From assembly GCA_053919585.1 (NCBI GenBank), contig CM132802.1: DNA of 64,000 nt. One strand, given 5' to 3'. How positions within the stretch are numbered: the stretch's first letter is position 1; the number at the start of each line of letters is the position of its first letter. The notes below the pieces were generated by a model. That model was not told the DNA's origin. It was given only the letters and a program-made list of their open reading frames with translations, and did not search any database. This stretch comes from Euprymna scolopes (Eukaryota). Shown here one piece after another: positions 1 to 14,330 of this stretch. A program made the translations under genes and the position numbers.

Positions 1-3000
1 ACTACTACTACTACAACTTTGCTTCTTTTTTCACTGCTTCTGAATTTTCCAATGGTACTTACTGTATTAATTTGAATCAGAATGTTCTATATTCGGTTCG
101 CGATACTGCGTCTTTTCCCGTCTTCACCCTCTTTCTAAAACGAATAATACGAAATCTCTTTCACCGGCCGAAGCAAATGAAAGTATGCCGCCCACACACA
201 AAACAATCCGACGTCTTTCATCCCCCCGGGGGCGCAAACTCATGCAAATCAGTACAAACCGGATTTCCTGTCCCATCATGCAGGCGCAGTGTCATTTGTG
301 CATTAGCCGTGATAGCGTTTGGCTCATCATACATTGTCTAGATAATTTAAGTCAATTAACTATTGGCTCATCTTCATTATCATGTCGTATGAATCCGAAT
401 ATTCTGTTGTTTACATTGCATTCTAGTCGGAATTATTTATAGAAGAACACCAGGTACCAACGGAATTAACGAGGTTTACTTTGCCAACAGCTTACGTGCA
501 GGGGTATCAGAAATTTTGAGGAATTTTTGACACCCCTAACAGAAAACATCGAATAAAATATAAAAAAACGCGTAATTCTTCCTCATAAAGTGGGCTGTTT
601 ATTTTCTGTATGGAATATGCTTAAAAAATAAACTATTAAATAGTTTAAAAAATAATAGAAATATTTTTTTTTTTATTAAAAATAAAAAAACAGTTTTTAC
701 AAAATGTTTACAAAATGTTTACAAAATGTTTACAAAATGCCGGCGCGCCTTCATGCAGCCATTTTTTTTAACGTAATGAAATCAATAGAATTCTACGATT
801 TAAATATTTTTAAATTTGAAAATCTATCAAAAGGTTTCTGTTGGCTCAATTTTTACGATATTTTCAGGATCAATCTGAAATGTTATGCTCTTTCAAATAA
901 ACCAAATATAATATTTTAGACAAATTATTTTTTTAAAATTCTCCCGTTCCCATTTTCAAATGTCTATTAAAATTTTAATAATTAATTGATGCACCAAAGT
1001 TTTATATATCACAAATTGAAGATAAAAGATAAATAAAGAAAATATTCTAATTTAAAACAAAAAATAATAGTTTTTTGGAAATTTACCTGTAAAGTCCAAA
1101 ATGTAAAACCTTTGTTTATTTTTTAAACACGTTGATTATTTTTAAATGAAAGCCCATGTTCTCCTTGTATCGTCAATAAATATGGGACGTTGAAGGCAAA
1201 TTTTTCTATTTCATTCAATGCTTTTTTGTTTTTAGATATTAAAAAAAATTAGTCGATAAAGAAGTATTAAAATATATCAATTAAAACCTCGAATTTCATT
1301 AAGAGAATTAAAAAAATTGAATTGGATCTTTTGTTTTAGGGGAAAAAAGAGAATGTGTGTTTCGTTTAAACTACAGGGGACGAAAAACACTTATATTGGT
1401 TAACATTCGCAATAAAAAATAGACATTTATGTCCATTTGATGAATCCGTATTTGATAAATTTCATAGTAGCAGGAGGTGCTCTTTTAAGCTTGGCGCTAA
1501 ACACGTTACGAAAATGCGATTTTCTACGAACCTCGGTTTAAAAAAAAATCCTTTTATTTAAACAATACATGTTAGTTAAAATATAAATATGGGTAAATTC
1601 TTAACAATGGAGAATGAGACAACCGATTTAATAGTATTTTTTATAGGTAAGTGATTGTTGGCATTTATATATGCATATATTTATCGAAGCAAGTCAGAAT
1701 ATGTTGATTTTCTTTATATCTTTTTCAAGGAAAACCGATTTAAACAAACAAATATTGCATAATTTGCTATTAAACCTGTTATTTTTTTAAATGTGGTTTT
1801 TGCTCCTTTAATTGAAAAAAAATAGGGTTTGAATTAAGTGTAAGTGATTTTGTGGAACGAACTTGATTCGAACTTGGGCATCCAGGTCACGGATAACAGG
1901 TTTAGACAAAAATAATATATCGTGCAAGTAAGTAAATAAATATGAAGCTTGTCGGTATTTACTGCTGGGTCATATCGTTTCTTAGGAAAACTACGCGATC
2001 ATTTATTGTGTTTGCTTTAACATTCGGGCATTATCTTCTCCGGCATTCTGTCTAAACTGGACCAATGCTGAGAGTGTTGTAGTATAAGGTGTTATCATAT
2101 AGATCTATAAATACTGGTGTAGTGTCGTTTCTATAAGTGTCTCTATGATCGCTTACGTGCTAGTTTTAACATGTGTTACTGTTGATCATGACATTATTAA
2201 TTTGGAAGAACTCACTGAACTCTTTGGAATCCGTGCACGTGAACTGAGATCCGTTGTCATTTACTTAGCATGTGATAACACGAGAGCAGACAAATCATTC
2301 ATTGAGGAAATTAATTTGTCTATTTTTTTTTTCTTTTTGCTTTTCTCCATAAATAATATTAATTCTCCAGTGACTCCCGAAACCTATTATAAACCTAAGT
2401 CCGTTTTGGGCCACAGTTAAAAGTAGTTGTATATGTCTTTGTTATCAAAGAAGAACACATGACTGAGTGACGCATGTTGTAGATGTCTTTGTACACCACC
2501 AGCTAGTATACGTAACCATGCAAGATGCTCTTCATTTTATTTATACCTGGAGTTTCTCATTATCTTTTGTTGTCAACAGACATAGAAAAACTACCATATA
2601 TTGGCCGAAATCTCCATCGGTGATTTTCTGTTTTGTAGTGCTAATATATCAATCTTTTTGCGCTTAGTGTTTCGTTTCATGCACTTTGACTGATCGGTTT
2701 CTAATAGTGCCCTACATTATGCTTTTAATTCTAGTATCGACACGTATGAAAGTAATTACTGATACCTTTAGATGTTAATTTTTTCTCGAGAAGAGAAACA
2801 TTCTGACGTAATACTGTAATTAGGCAGAAAAGTGCTCCGCACCATCAGTCCGTTTTATTTATATGCCGGTAGCGTTTTCACCGATCCAAAGATGGTTAAT
2901 AGGGATCCAGGGGTTGTATGCAGTAGAAAAAAAAAACTCGTCCGTGAAATGTTGAAACTGCAAAGATAATAGCAAGAGCTTTTTCTTCGATGATTAAACA

Positions 3001-3907
3001 TTGCTTTTCTGAAGGAAGCAAAGATCTTGCCACGCGTGCAATAGATTTTGTACTTTCATCATGCATTTTAATGTCTTTTCTTTTTACTTTCTCTGGAGAA
3101 TAAGGTTTTGTTTCATCTTACAAAATCAAACACTGCTCTTTCTCTGAACTAGGGTTAAACTTTTTTCTATGTACCAAAAAAATATAAGTCAAAATATTTT
3201 TTTTTAAATAACATTTAATTTTTTTATTAAGGCAAAACACAAAGAAAAAAAAAAGACCTGAAAACCGTGAAGTTAGATTTTTATTTTAAAAAATACATTT
3301 ACCCTTACAGTAATCCAATTATATTTTTATTATTGTTGTTGGTATACCTAATTGGGAGTTAATGTTGTTGTTGTTGTTGTTTTAAATATTTCTTCAGAAT
3401 CTTCGAGAGTTCAGTTCAATTTTCTGAGTTGCTACATGGTGTTTATAACGTTTAGATGTGCGGTTCTATGGCACTGACTTTCTGAAACGTACGTTGCGAG
3501 TGTTTTAAGCACACTATATGATTGTTCTCATACTTCAACTCAAAGTCAATGCTATTAAAATATGTCTTTGGAACACAACGTTGTTAGTATTGTAAATTGT
3601 CAAAACACTGGAGTATTAAAATTTCGGTTTTCCCTCATAAGTTTGCCAAAGCTCATCGTCAGATGTTGTGGTATTGGAAAGGGTCATATAGAAAGACAGG
3701 GACAACCAGTTTAGAGTAAAAGACTACATTTCTGTGGGTGACAACACACTCTGTAATTTCAAATACTTTCCACCTTGCTCGATAATTTTGCAAACGAATT
3801 TGCATATCGACATCACTGCGACAATTACCATCTATAATATAAATCTCACTTGCCTATTTAAATAGATGTATGTATGTATATATGTATGTGTTTGTGCCAG
3901 GTCTTGT

Positions 3908-4360
3908 CATATGCTACTGGTACCAGGTAACTCAGTACTACCTGCCTCATGGTCGGGTCACCGGCGACTAAACTGGTTCCCCCACCAGACGTGTTTGGTG
4001 AGGAGGGTGGCTAGTCTCCTTGAAGGATTAAAAACAAGACCTTCCAAAGGGCGAATGAACCCTTTTTCGCGGTCAACAACAAACAATCACCGTGTATGTT
4101 TGTTTGTATGTATGTGTGTGTTGGGGTGGAGAGGGCTCTCGTAAGCCGTGTTGAAGGCAACCTTTCTAGGAGAAGCAACTCTCTGATTTTAAAAACCATA
4201 AAGTAAGAGAGCAGTACCCGCATTAAGCTGGTCTGAAGTTTAACTTGTTGCTTGTTATCTTGCTCTTGCTTGTTGCTGGATCTCAACATTTTGAACCGAG
4301 AGAGACTAAGCAGTCGTACAAAGCTAAGATTCTGTAACATCTGTGTATAGATACTCCCTC
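3908..4360 (+). repeat. Dispersed ~450 bp non-coding repeat (SINE-like or LINE 5' UTR-like)
   Basis: Reverse-complement copy at ~43205-43675 (atgctactggtacca..cctcatggtcgg..ctggttcccccaccagac..ggtgaggagg..gattaaaaacaagacct..aagggcgaatgaac; gctggatctcaacattttgaaccgagagagactaagc). Confidence 0.75.
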
Positions 4361-4864
4361 ACACCCCTTCGGACGACAAATATAAAAAAAAATGGTTAAA
4401 AACAATTATTCTGTCATCCTCAACTGACCACTTTTCTACAGGTAGGGATCGCTTTTTTCGCCGATATTTTCGACATTCATTCTTTTTTTTTCCATTGACT
4501 AGCCGTAAGTCAAACCTTCGCCACTTCCAGTTTTGCGATTTACGCAACGGCAAAAGCGTCACATTTTTTTTTTCAGGTTCTTTTCCTCCTTCGCGGTACG
4601 GGTTAGAGTCTGCCTTCCCGATATGACTTTTATTTATGCGCTAATGAACATTTCTATATTACTTCCCAATATGCTNNNNNNNNNNNNNNNNNNNNNNNNN
4701 NNNNNNNNNNNNNNNNNNNNNNNNNNNNNNNNNNNNNNNNNNNNNNNNNNNNNNNNNNNNNNNNNNNNNNNNNNNNNNNNNNNNNNNNNNNNNNNNNNNN
4801 NNNNNNNNNNNNNNNNNNNNNNNNNNNNNNNNNNNNNNNNNNNNNNNNNNNNNNNNNNNNNNNA

Positions 4865-5460
4865 ACATTGGGGAAACGCCGGGCACGTAGGTTAGTTGAG
4901 CATGATACAAATTATGGTAGCAGATTTCATCGCACTCATCCAGTTTAGTCATGGTTAGTACTTTCTTCCTAAGGTCTTTCTATCCGCTTTGATCCTTCGA
5001 CTATTTCGTGCGGTGTCAGTCGAAGTTGATCCTAATTTTGATGGCGAAGTTAAAGTACAATATGGCAATTACAGTTTCCTTGGTTGTATCTTTTTTAGCA
5101 ATACTTCTCCTGCAGTTTCTATATGTCTGATTAGCTTTTTTCGTCTATGTGGATTAGTTACGACATTCGTGTTTTTTTCCTAAAGAAATAAGCTATTATC
5201 AGCATTACGGACAGTCGCATAGCTTTAGTCCTTCTATCGATTCTGATTTCTACTAGTAAATTTCCAAATTATTTGATACTGTTCCTAGTGCTCTTACGCA
5301 TATTCGGATATATTTGAATTTCTCTTAAATTCGATATTCCTTTTAATTCTCTGTCAAATTCTGGATATTTATTTTGTGTGTTTAGCGTTATGTTTTTATT
5401 CTACCGGGAAACACTGGAAACTATTAAAACGGTCGATTATTATGATTAGTTTTCGGTGTT
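4865..5460 (-). mobile_element. Degenerate R4/Dong-like non-LTR retrotransposon fragments (REL endonuclease C-terminus)
   Basis: Minus-strand remnant IRICVRALGTVSNNLE resembles the IVIGALGTV motif of R4-clade REL domains; many stops. Confidence 0.45.
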
Positions 5461-6596
5461 TGATGTTGATGTTCACCCCTATCAGCTAGGACAGAAAAAT
5501 CAACAGTTTTCTCCGTTTCTCTCTTATTTGTTACTTTTATGACGTCTTGTTTTCTTTCTTAGATGAGTTTATCTGATTCTACCCCCAAGTACTAATGAAT
5601 ATTGTAGTTTTTGTGTTCCTCTGTTTACATCTGTTGTGTTTGAATCATTTCTTTACATGCAGATATTCCTGTGTACTGCCTTGCATGCAGTCGTGCATAT
5701 ACTAATATTTTAAGAGGGGTTAGATTGCTGCATTCATTTATTATGTTGTTTTTTTTTCGTCTATTTGTCCACAGAGTTTATTTGTACTTTTTTTATGTTT
5801 TATTGATTTTAGCTTTAAACTGGTTGGTGCTTTTTTTAGCCACATCCATATGTTTGCATTCTTCTTTTCTTTAGTTATTCAGATTTTTATTTGTATGTTT
5901 CTTTCTAGTTTAATTGTATCCTGTATTGTACTTGCCAGTGCCTCTCATTAAAGTAATGCTATTTTTTTAGCTCTGACTCGTGTATAGTTTGTGCTTTCAC
6001 AACCACTTCTACTTTTATCAGCACTCTTACTCCTTCGTTTTTGTTACACGAGTATCGTATTTTGTGTGCAATGCATTGTGCATTGTCATTCGCTTCCTTG
6101 AAAATTAATATTATAAATATGATTATTTAGTAGTAATATAAGTTTCATTATTTATTTTTTATTATTATAATCCTTATTTTATCATTATTATTTTTATTGC
6201 AATAATTATAGTTCTTAAATTATTAGTTATATTTTTATTAACTTAATTGTTATTGTTATCCTCATTTTATTATTACAATTTAATTATTTTATGAGGATAT
6301 CAAATTGTATTATTATTTATAACTAGCATTATTCGGTAACCGTCATTGCCCGGTTGAAGCGTGTCTCCATTCTAGGAAATAGTATAGTACGGCTGTTGTT
6401 GTTGTTGTTGTTGTTGTTTCACACAGGTATAAAAAAACACAGGGTGGTAATGTTGACTAGTTACTTACCGGCCTCTACCAATAAAAATAGTTCGTCTGAA
6501 AGCTTTTACTGTGTATTTGTAATTTATTATGTATTCCATTTATTACTGCAATAATTGGTTGCAATTATGTGATTATCACCGTAATGCAAGAAAAAG

Positions 6597-6651
<55 letters not shown>

Positions 6652-7022
6652 AAAAATATACCCCCAAATAAAACAAAACATTAAAACAGAAAATACCTCG
6701 AAAACAAATGTATGTTAAAAAGAATAAATGCATAAATAAACAAGAAAACGATAAGACACCAGGAAAGTAGATTTTGTACACAATGTTCTTTTTTTTTTAA
6801 TTTTTAAGCCCTTTACGTCCCGCGGTAATTTTTCAATAAAACGTCACGAAAAACTCAAAGGACGATGTTTGTTTTCTTTCATTTTGTCCGTGCGTGTTGT
6901 TTTTTACGCACTATTAATCAGTTTAAATGTACGTAATCACAAACTAACCCATTTTGTTCAAATATGTTTATTAATAACTTTTAAGGTTTTAAAACAAAGT
7001 TGATGTATGAATTTTCGACACG

Positions 7023-8440
7023 ATTGCATAATTTGACCCGGATTCTCGGAAATTCACGTCACGCATGGATCGGACTAGACAGCCAATCATTGGTTGAATC
7101 CGAGCGTTGTAACAGACGCAGACTAATTTAAATCAAACAAACCGTAAAAACCACAAATGCAAATAATAAAAAAAATAACAAGAAACTACATTAAACGACT
7201 GGACATAATTTTATTTATTTTATTTTATTCATTTATTTTGCAAAATGTTTATTAACGAAAATATTTTTCCTTGAAGAAACGATAAAAAGTGCTCTATTCT
7301 TTAAACCGTAATTTTAAGTTGTAAGTACGGGTTTTTTTTCAAGACTTTTTGTTCGGGAAAGTTTTATTTGGGAGAGGGTGATTTCCACAGAAATTTTATA
7401 TATTTTTTTTAAAGAAAATACGCAAAAAAATGAAAATCGTAAATTGTTAGATGAAAGTACGGGAGAAAAGTTAGTTTTATTTTTAAGTAAACTTAATATA
7501 TTTATTATTATTATTATTTTTAACAGCTGTTCATTGCTGGTGGAAGAACTTTCCCGAGATGAGGACATTTTCTTAGGAATATTTTACTTCGTTCGACTGT
7601 TGCCAATGACGGCAAAGAGGAGGAAGATGGGGTGGAGGAAATGTGTAAGTGTGCTCTGATATAATAATGCATTCCCTTTGCATCTTTTTTAAAGTATCCT
7701 TTTCGAACGCCCATAAATAAATGATTTTACTATTGGTAGAATCTCCAACATGGATCGCAAAAAAACGATCCTGTGCGCAAGGATACCCATTTCTGCACTG
7801 TCTATTTGTGCCTCTCCAGGAGTAACCATCCTTAACACATGTTTATTTTTTAGAAGTAAGCATTTGTGTTTACAATTGTTCCAGGTCCTAAATATGACCT
7901 AAAATTATATCCGATGGTGAGGCCCCACCTTGCGGGCCTTGGAGAGTCTGGAGCCTCCCTTTAATTGTCATTGCTCCCAGGTCCACTCTGACCCGGAGTG
8001 GTAGTACCTGTTAGGATCCCAAATATTGGTTGAATAGAATCTGACTTAAAAAAAATATACTTCATTAAAAATCGTTCCTCATAATAACTAGACTTGGCAT
8101 TAAATAACCTGAAAAAGGTTGCAATGCCGTAAAACTAAAACAACCAACCAACCAACAATTGTTCCTATTCAAAAGTCGTCTGTTTCTATTACAAGAACGT
8201 TTTTTTATTGCTAATCCAACAGCGAGCCTATGAATTGCCAAAAAAAAAATTAATTAATAAAAATAAATAATCCGAATATAAAAACCCCCCTCCCTTAATA
8301 TCAATAATAATATTAAATGAATTATAAAGTCGATTTATGTTTTAACATTAGAACAACGCTTGGTTAAAACCGATGATTGGCGGTATCGCCCGATTCATGC
8401 TTGACGGGAATTCCCGAGGATCCGGATCAAATTATGCAAG
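7023..8440. mobile_element. Putative non-autonomous DNA transposon bounded by ~75 bp inverted repeats
   Basis: 7023-7096 ttgcataatttgacccggattctcggaaattcacgtcacgcatggatcgg..ccaatcattggtt is the reverse complement (with mismatches) of 8368-8440 aaccgatgattgg..ccgattcatgcttgacgggaattcccgaggatccggatcaaattatgcaa. Confidence 0.6.
7885..8157 (+). mobile_element. SINE-like element
   Basis: Core ttgctcccaggtccactctgacccggagtggtagtacctgttagg, 3' ggcattaaataa..atgccgtaaaac and (AACC)n tail; second copy at 21925-22200. Confidence 0.75.
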
Positions 8441-9030
8441 AGTTCCGAGTTTACCTCACACCATATAAAGGTATGTTAGCTGGATAAAACAACACTGTAC
8501 AAACAGAGATCCCTGCGTAAATGTTAAAACATTCAAAAAATAAAAAAGAACGTTCCGCTGATTTGGAGCGACTGTTCAACCCGTAGCTTAGAAAGCGAAC
8601 TCTCTTAAACGCATGTCAACGAAGACGTCGCTGTAGCATTCTACTTACAAACCAAAGAAGACAGATAAATGCGCATGAGTGTTCGCTGAAAATAAGCAAT
8701 CACGGTGTAAATAATGAATCCCTTCCCCTACAAAAAGGAACGAAAAATGGTTGTGAAATAAAAGTTATAACGCCTGAATGGCCCAAATAATACTGTAAAA
8801 CCGCTTATTTTTCTCTGTCTCTCTCACTCTCATTCTCTATATCTCTCCATACTTCCCCTCCCTTCGAGTGAATATAAACAAAAATAGTTTCAAATAACTG
8901 GTCACGATGTATCGTGCATGTTTAATGTTTTGTGAGTGTAATATTTTCAAAAACAAATAATAACCGCACAGGGTTTCTAAGCGGAACAATCCCTTGAATA
9001 ATAAATAAACGTAAGATTATTGTGCACATA

Positions 9031-9180
9031 CCAAAATGGCGGCGTAGTCTATAGTTCATAAATGTTCGTTTATTTCGTGGAATAATGGAATGTTAAAATT
9101 GTAGAATGAATGATTTTTATCCAATCAGTCGCTATTCAAAAGGAAGATATCAGGATTTGTATTGACTGTAAGAGGTAAGA
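9031..9180 (+). promoter_or_regulatory. Candidate TSS region / first exon (YY1-like motif and splice donor)
   Basis: CAAAATGGCGGC at 9032-9043 in apparently unique sequence; GAG|GTAAGA donor after 9174. Confidence 0.35.
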
Positions 9181-9946
9181 AAATGAGTGTGTGCATGAAA
9201 TCTGTAATCAGTTAATGACGGTTAACACCATGTAAAAGTAGGAAAAAGTATAAAAGAACCCGGTGTAGAATGGTGTCCTAAGAATATGCGGTAAATTGAC
9301 GGATGGTTTTGAGCTAAACCTCTTTAGATTAGAACGATGATTGGCATGGCGCTCCTCGGACGAAAGATGATTTTTCAATATTACGAAATAATGCGTATGT
9401 AATTGCGGTCTATAACTAGATAAGATAATGGCTCATGAAGTAAACCTAGTAATTTTATGTGCAATCTGGTGTGTCCAATCTTAGGTAATCTTGTTCAGAA
9501 AGGTAAATTGCGTCTTCTTTATTACATAGGAGATGATATCATTACTATAATTATTCTTTCTCACTCTTGTTATTTATATTTTTATTATTATAATTATTAT
9601 AGTTATTTTTGTTATTATTGTTATTATTATAATTATTCTTATTGTTATTATTATTATTATTATTATTATGATTATTATTGCTATTGTAATCATTTTTAGT
9701 ATTATTGTTATCATTATTATTGTTGTTATTATTATATTTATTATCTATAAATGATTACAATATATGTGTTATTTTATGCGTCACGCTTACATCTCTTTTC
9801 TTTGTAGTGATGTTATTAATTGGTATGACCATCCATTTCTTGTAATAAATTTAATATGCTTTAGTTTATAATTTGATCATAACTAATGGCATCAATTTCT
9901 TCAAAAGTTTTGTTTACGGTTTCGATTATAAACTGTATGCACTTAA

Positions 9947-9997
<51 letters not shown>

Positions 9998-10421
9998 TAA
10001 TAGCATGGGTGCCTGTCGTTGCCCGGGTTTGAGGTATATGCTGAGCAAAAAAAGAACAAACAAAAAAACGGTCAATTTTTTTTAACTTTGGCCCCGATTA
10101 TGACACCTTAACATTTATTGTTTAGGACTCTTATCTAGTTATTAAGTTAGATCCATGCCCAAGGAACCTATATCTAAAATTTCAAGTGTGACGACACAAA
10201 ATTGTCTGAAGTGTTTGGAAGAGTGTTCAATAGACAAATCGTTAAACTTAACAACCAAATTTCTGGCCGAAAACCAATTTTTCCACATCTCAGTACCCTG
10301 TATATGAAATTTCGAGTCTGCAGACTAAATATAGACAGAGTTATCGCGTAGGGAAATGTACACAGACAGACAAATACACAGACACTCAAACACACACAGG
10401 CACATAGTTATATGGATAGAT
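9998..10421 (-). mobile_element. Non-autonomous Helitron (same family as 48158-48611)
   Basis: Reverse complement of 3' hairpin end (tagcatgggtgcctgtcgttgcccggg) plus shared internal sequence (aactttggcccc..taacatttattg..ttaagttagatcc..cagtaccctgtatat..gggaaatgtacacagacagac). Confidence 0.7.
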
Positions 10422-10772
10422 GGATTTGTTTAACAAAAATATATACGTATACATAAATATATATGGAAACAATTTTTTGTTTACTATAAACGTTTTTCGC
10501 AAATGTTATGCAAGTATAAATCATGTAGAATATCTGCATGAACATAATTACAGTTAATAGTTAACTAAATACGATTATCCCATTTAAAAACCGAAACAAC
10601 TATAAGGGAATTAATTAAAATGAATGTTTAAAAGAATGTGCAAATTAGCGAGATCGTTTCCTAGTGAATGCAGTTCCACAACCAAGAAAATTGTATTGTC
10701 TTTTTAAATAAATAGATAGGAGGGTTTTATATGAATATCGATACACACAAAAGAATCCCGAATTCATAGGAG

Positions 10773-10849
<77 letters not shown>

Positions 10850-11234
10850 TGTCTCGGAAGTAGAGTGAAAAGCACATCTTATTTTTCTTTTATTAATATT
10901 ATTTTTTTCCTTGTACACATGTTTGTGAATTATTCCACAGATTTATGCCTTTGGATTATTATGGACCATCTTTTTCCAATTACGGGATGTTTTTGGATTT
11001 TACTTGTAGAAATGGAAATTCTTTTAACTTTCTTTAAGTTTTACATTTGGATTTTACCGTCACTGGATTTTTTTATCTTCCACCAGACTATCCATTCATG
11101 TGTAAACACCTTTTTCTTTACCATATTCTCTCTGCTTAACTTATGTTGTTTTCAAGTAAGATCTTTGACTTACTTGTTGTTTCCTCAAATACTTCTGCAT
11201 GCAAACTCCGATCCCGCATTTTGCTAATTCCTAC

Positions 11235-11374
11235 CCTCTGATAAGAAGGAGATTATTTCTTCGAAACTCCACGGATTAAGGACTATCCATTAATCTAGTT
11301 TTTCCTTTTAAGATTAAATATGTTTTTAACTCACTTTAAAGTGTTTTCTAACATATTTTATTAACTGTTTGCTC

Positions 11375-11378
<4 letters not shown>
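11235..11378 (+). mobile_element. Penelope-like pLTR remnant with degenerate hammerhead
   Basis: CCT CTGATAA GAAGGAG-atta-TTTCTTC GAAAC tccacgga TTA AGG (core G>A change); inverted partial copy at 16022-16135; 3' end abuts (TA)n. Confidence 0.55.
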
Positions 11379-11437
<59 letters not shown>

Positions 11438-11531
11438 TGTATATGTGTGTGTGTGAGTTTGTGTGCGTGTATCTTTCGAAATTTTATGTTTTGGTTTCGC
11501 TAAATGCTGCTGCATCTTAGCCATAGGAATA

Positions 11532-11594
<63 letters not shown>

Positions 11595-11869
11595 TAATTT
11601 TTGCAGTCACAACTTTATAATACATAAGACTCGTAAGAAAATGTACTCGATATAGTACATACGAAATCTGGATGAATAACAATGTCATATTTAAGTGTAT
11701 TTTATGACAAGTTTACGCTTGGTTTTCCTGCTAGCTTAGATAAATACTTTAAAAGTTTTACTGAAAGAGCTACCATGATATCAGGGCGTCTCCATTGAAC
11801 ATTTACAGAATGCCGACATTAATATATTACAAATGAAACTCCGCTGTAGAATTTCCACATGTCTTAGTA

Positions 11870-11937
<68 letters not shown>

Positions 11938-12599
11938 TCCATATCTCTGTGCATCTCTGTTTCTGCAAATATTTACCTATCGATTTCTTTCCATTTCATG
12001 TGAACTAATTTATGAAATCTCTTGGCATCTTTCTAAAGAATTTCCATCCAATGAGCAAACGAAAATTAAATTTTCAACAGGTCTTTGATTTTTGGCGCGT
12101 TCTACAATGCTCATGAAAGGCACATTCAGTCAGCTGGACCTCCCACCCTCCTACGACTCGTTCAATCACATATACCAGAATACATTGACCCACGAGTGAT
12201 GATAAGCTCTTGCACACGCACAGGCACATATATATTATGATCTTCATAAGCAGAGACGCACACACATCCATGTTGGCTTATATATGTACATTCGAAACGA
12301 ATTTATACAATAATATAAACGGATTTGGACACTACGTCCTTCAAAGTTGTATTACATTCACACTGGATTATAATCATACACGTAAACTCTTCTCCAATGT
12401 TTGCTTTCAACCCACACACANNNNNNNNNNNNNNNNNNNNNNNNNNNNNNNNNNNNNNNNNNNNNNNNNNNNNNNNNNNNNNNNNNNNNNNNNNNNNNNN
12501 NNNNNNNNNNNNNNNNNNNNNNNNNNNNNNNNNNNNNNNNNNNNNNNNNNNNNNNNNNNNNNNNNNNNNNNNNNNNNNNNNNNNNNNNNNNNNNNNNCG

Positions 12600-12895
12600 A
12601 GTAGGAAAAGTAATATGGTTAACTATAAACTTGAATAAATAAAGGACTAGTAATTTCAGCTGGAAAAGAAAAAGAACAAGATATTCTAGTAAAAAATATG
12701 ATAAATTTATAACTTAAAATATTGCAGCATTAACAGATGATTATTTAATGTTATAAATTGAATTAAACCATGTTAATGCTGTCAGTTTTCACATTATAAT
12801 CTTATTATATTTTTACTAGAATATTTTGTCCTTTTTTCCAGTTTCAACAACTAAGCCTTTACTTTTCCATGTTTTTTTCATGCTCACTTTTTTCG
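12600..12895. repeat. Imperfect AT-rich inverted repeat (MITE-like hairpin)
   Basis: ctggaaaag..caagatattctagtaaaaaatat..gcagcattaaca versus tgttaatgctg..atatttttactagaatattttg..ttttccag. Confidence 0.55.
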
Positions 12896-13699
12896 AAACT
12901 AATCCCTGTTTTTACCAGGCTTCCAATAAATTGACTTGCTTATTGCTTAATTTCAGTCTCATGATTTGGACCCCATAAACGCATAAGTGATAACAATATA
13001 CGGCACTCGTATGCTTTCAATAAACTCCCCATAATCATCTCCCTTTCCTGCTTTCATTAATAAAATAGTCGCTAAGTTGACGTGGTTGGTATGGAAACTA
13101 GTCATAAAAAACGTTGCTCATCTCCTTATATTTTTTACGATTTTGAACACCAGCAAATTCACCATAACTTTTGTTTTACTGAATGCAAAATGAAATTCTT
13201 TCCACAATATAACTGAGAAGTGGATCTATAAACTGTAATAATTGTTTCAAATTTGGTCGAAAATTGATTGAGCGGCGAAGCGGTAAAGCAATTCTAAATA
13301 ACTAAAACACCTACTTTACCATATATTCTAACACTACCATGTCTGAATGATATAAGATAATACTAGTTAAATTTATATATTACTAATAAAATAATCAAAA
13401 AAAGGTTACAAAAAAAAAAGCTCCAAATAAACGTGTTTTTGCCTGAGTTCCCAAAAAATCCATAAACATAATTATTTTTCTGATTTTTATATTTGTTTAT
13501 GTATATTTTTTAAAATCGGTAAATGACTCTAATTCTTTTCCCGATTATGGAAAAAGTATATATAGCGATTCTCCTATGTATAAAAACATAAATAATTAAA
13601 TAAAAAATTAAAGTGAAATTCTTTTTCTTTTCCTTATTCTTCTTCTTTTCTTCTTCTTTTTTTCTTCTTCTTCTTCTTTTCTCTTCTTCTTCTTCTTAT

Positions 13700-14330
13700 T
13701 ATTATTTTTGTTCACAATATATTTGTTTTATGTTGGGAGTATAGCTGCAATAGCGGAACTCCCCCAGTGGTTTTGGGTATTGCAGCTACCCTATGCCATT
13801 ATTTAATATCCAGCACATTCCGAATGATTCTGACTGTGCTAATAAACAAGGTGTTTGTAATATTTCTGTTGCTATTCACAAATCCAATTTTGTATCCATT
13901 TGCCGATCCAAATGCCCCCAATACAACAGGGATTACCTCAGCTTCTTTCACTTTCGAAATTCTAGCAATCTCATATTTCAAGTCGGAACCATCGGTGCAC
14001 TTTTACTCTTCCTTTTACCCTATTTGAGTTTCAAAGGTGCAAGGCTGATATTTTCCTTTTTTATCAAAAACAGTGATGTCCGTCCTTCGATGCTCCTGTG
14101 TTTTATCTGTAAATCCCATAGAATCTTGCATTCTTCCGGCTCCAGTTTTTTTCATGCTTGTAAGTGTACCACTTGTCAGATCTTTCAAATCTTAATTTTT
14201 CGCACAATTTCCAATGGATCGCTTTTGCAACATTGTCGTGTCTTATTTCTTTTATTTCTTTTTGTGCAATTTCGGGCATTCTGACAAAATGTCCGAGACT
14301 GTCTGTCTCCTACCAATTTATTTGTTTCAA
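13700..14330 (-). mobile_element. R4/Dong-clade non-LTR retrotransposon 3' fragment (zinc-knuckle region + REL endonuclease)
   Basis: Minus translation shows RHDNVAKAIHWKLCEK, KILWDLQI..RTDITVFDKK and KYEIARISKVKEAEVIPVVLGAFG..STVRIIRNVL; ends next to a simple-repeat tail. Confidence 0.8.

Noticed and set aside
72-442. Overlapping short ORFs at the window start
   Set aside because: No recognisable domain or clear exon structure.
698-740. 11 bp tandem repeat (tttacaaaatg)x4
   Set aside because: An ordinary local slippage repeat with no further structure.
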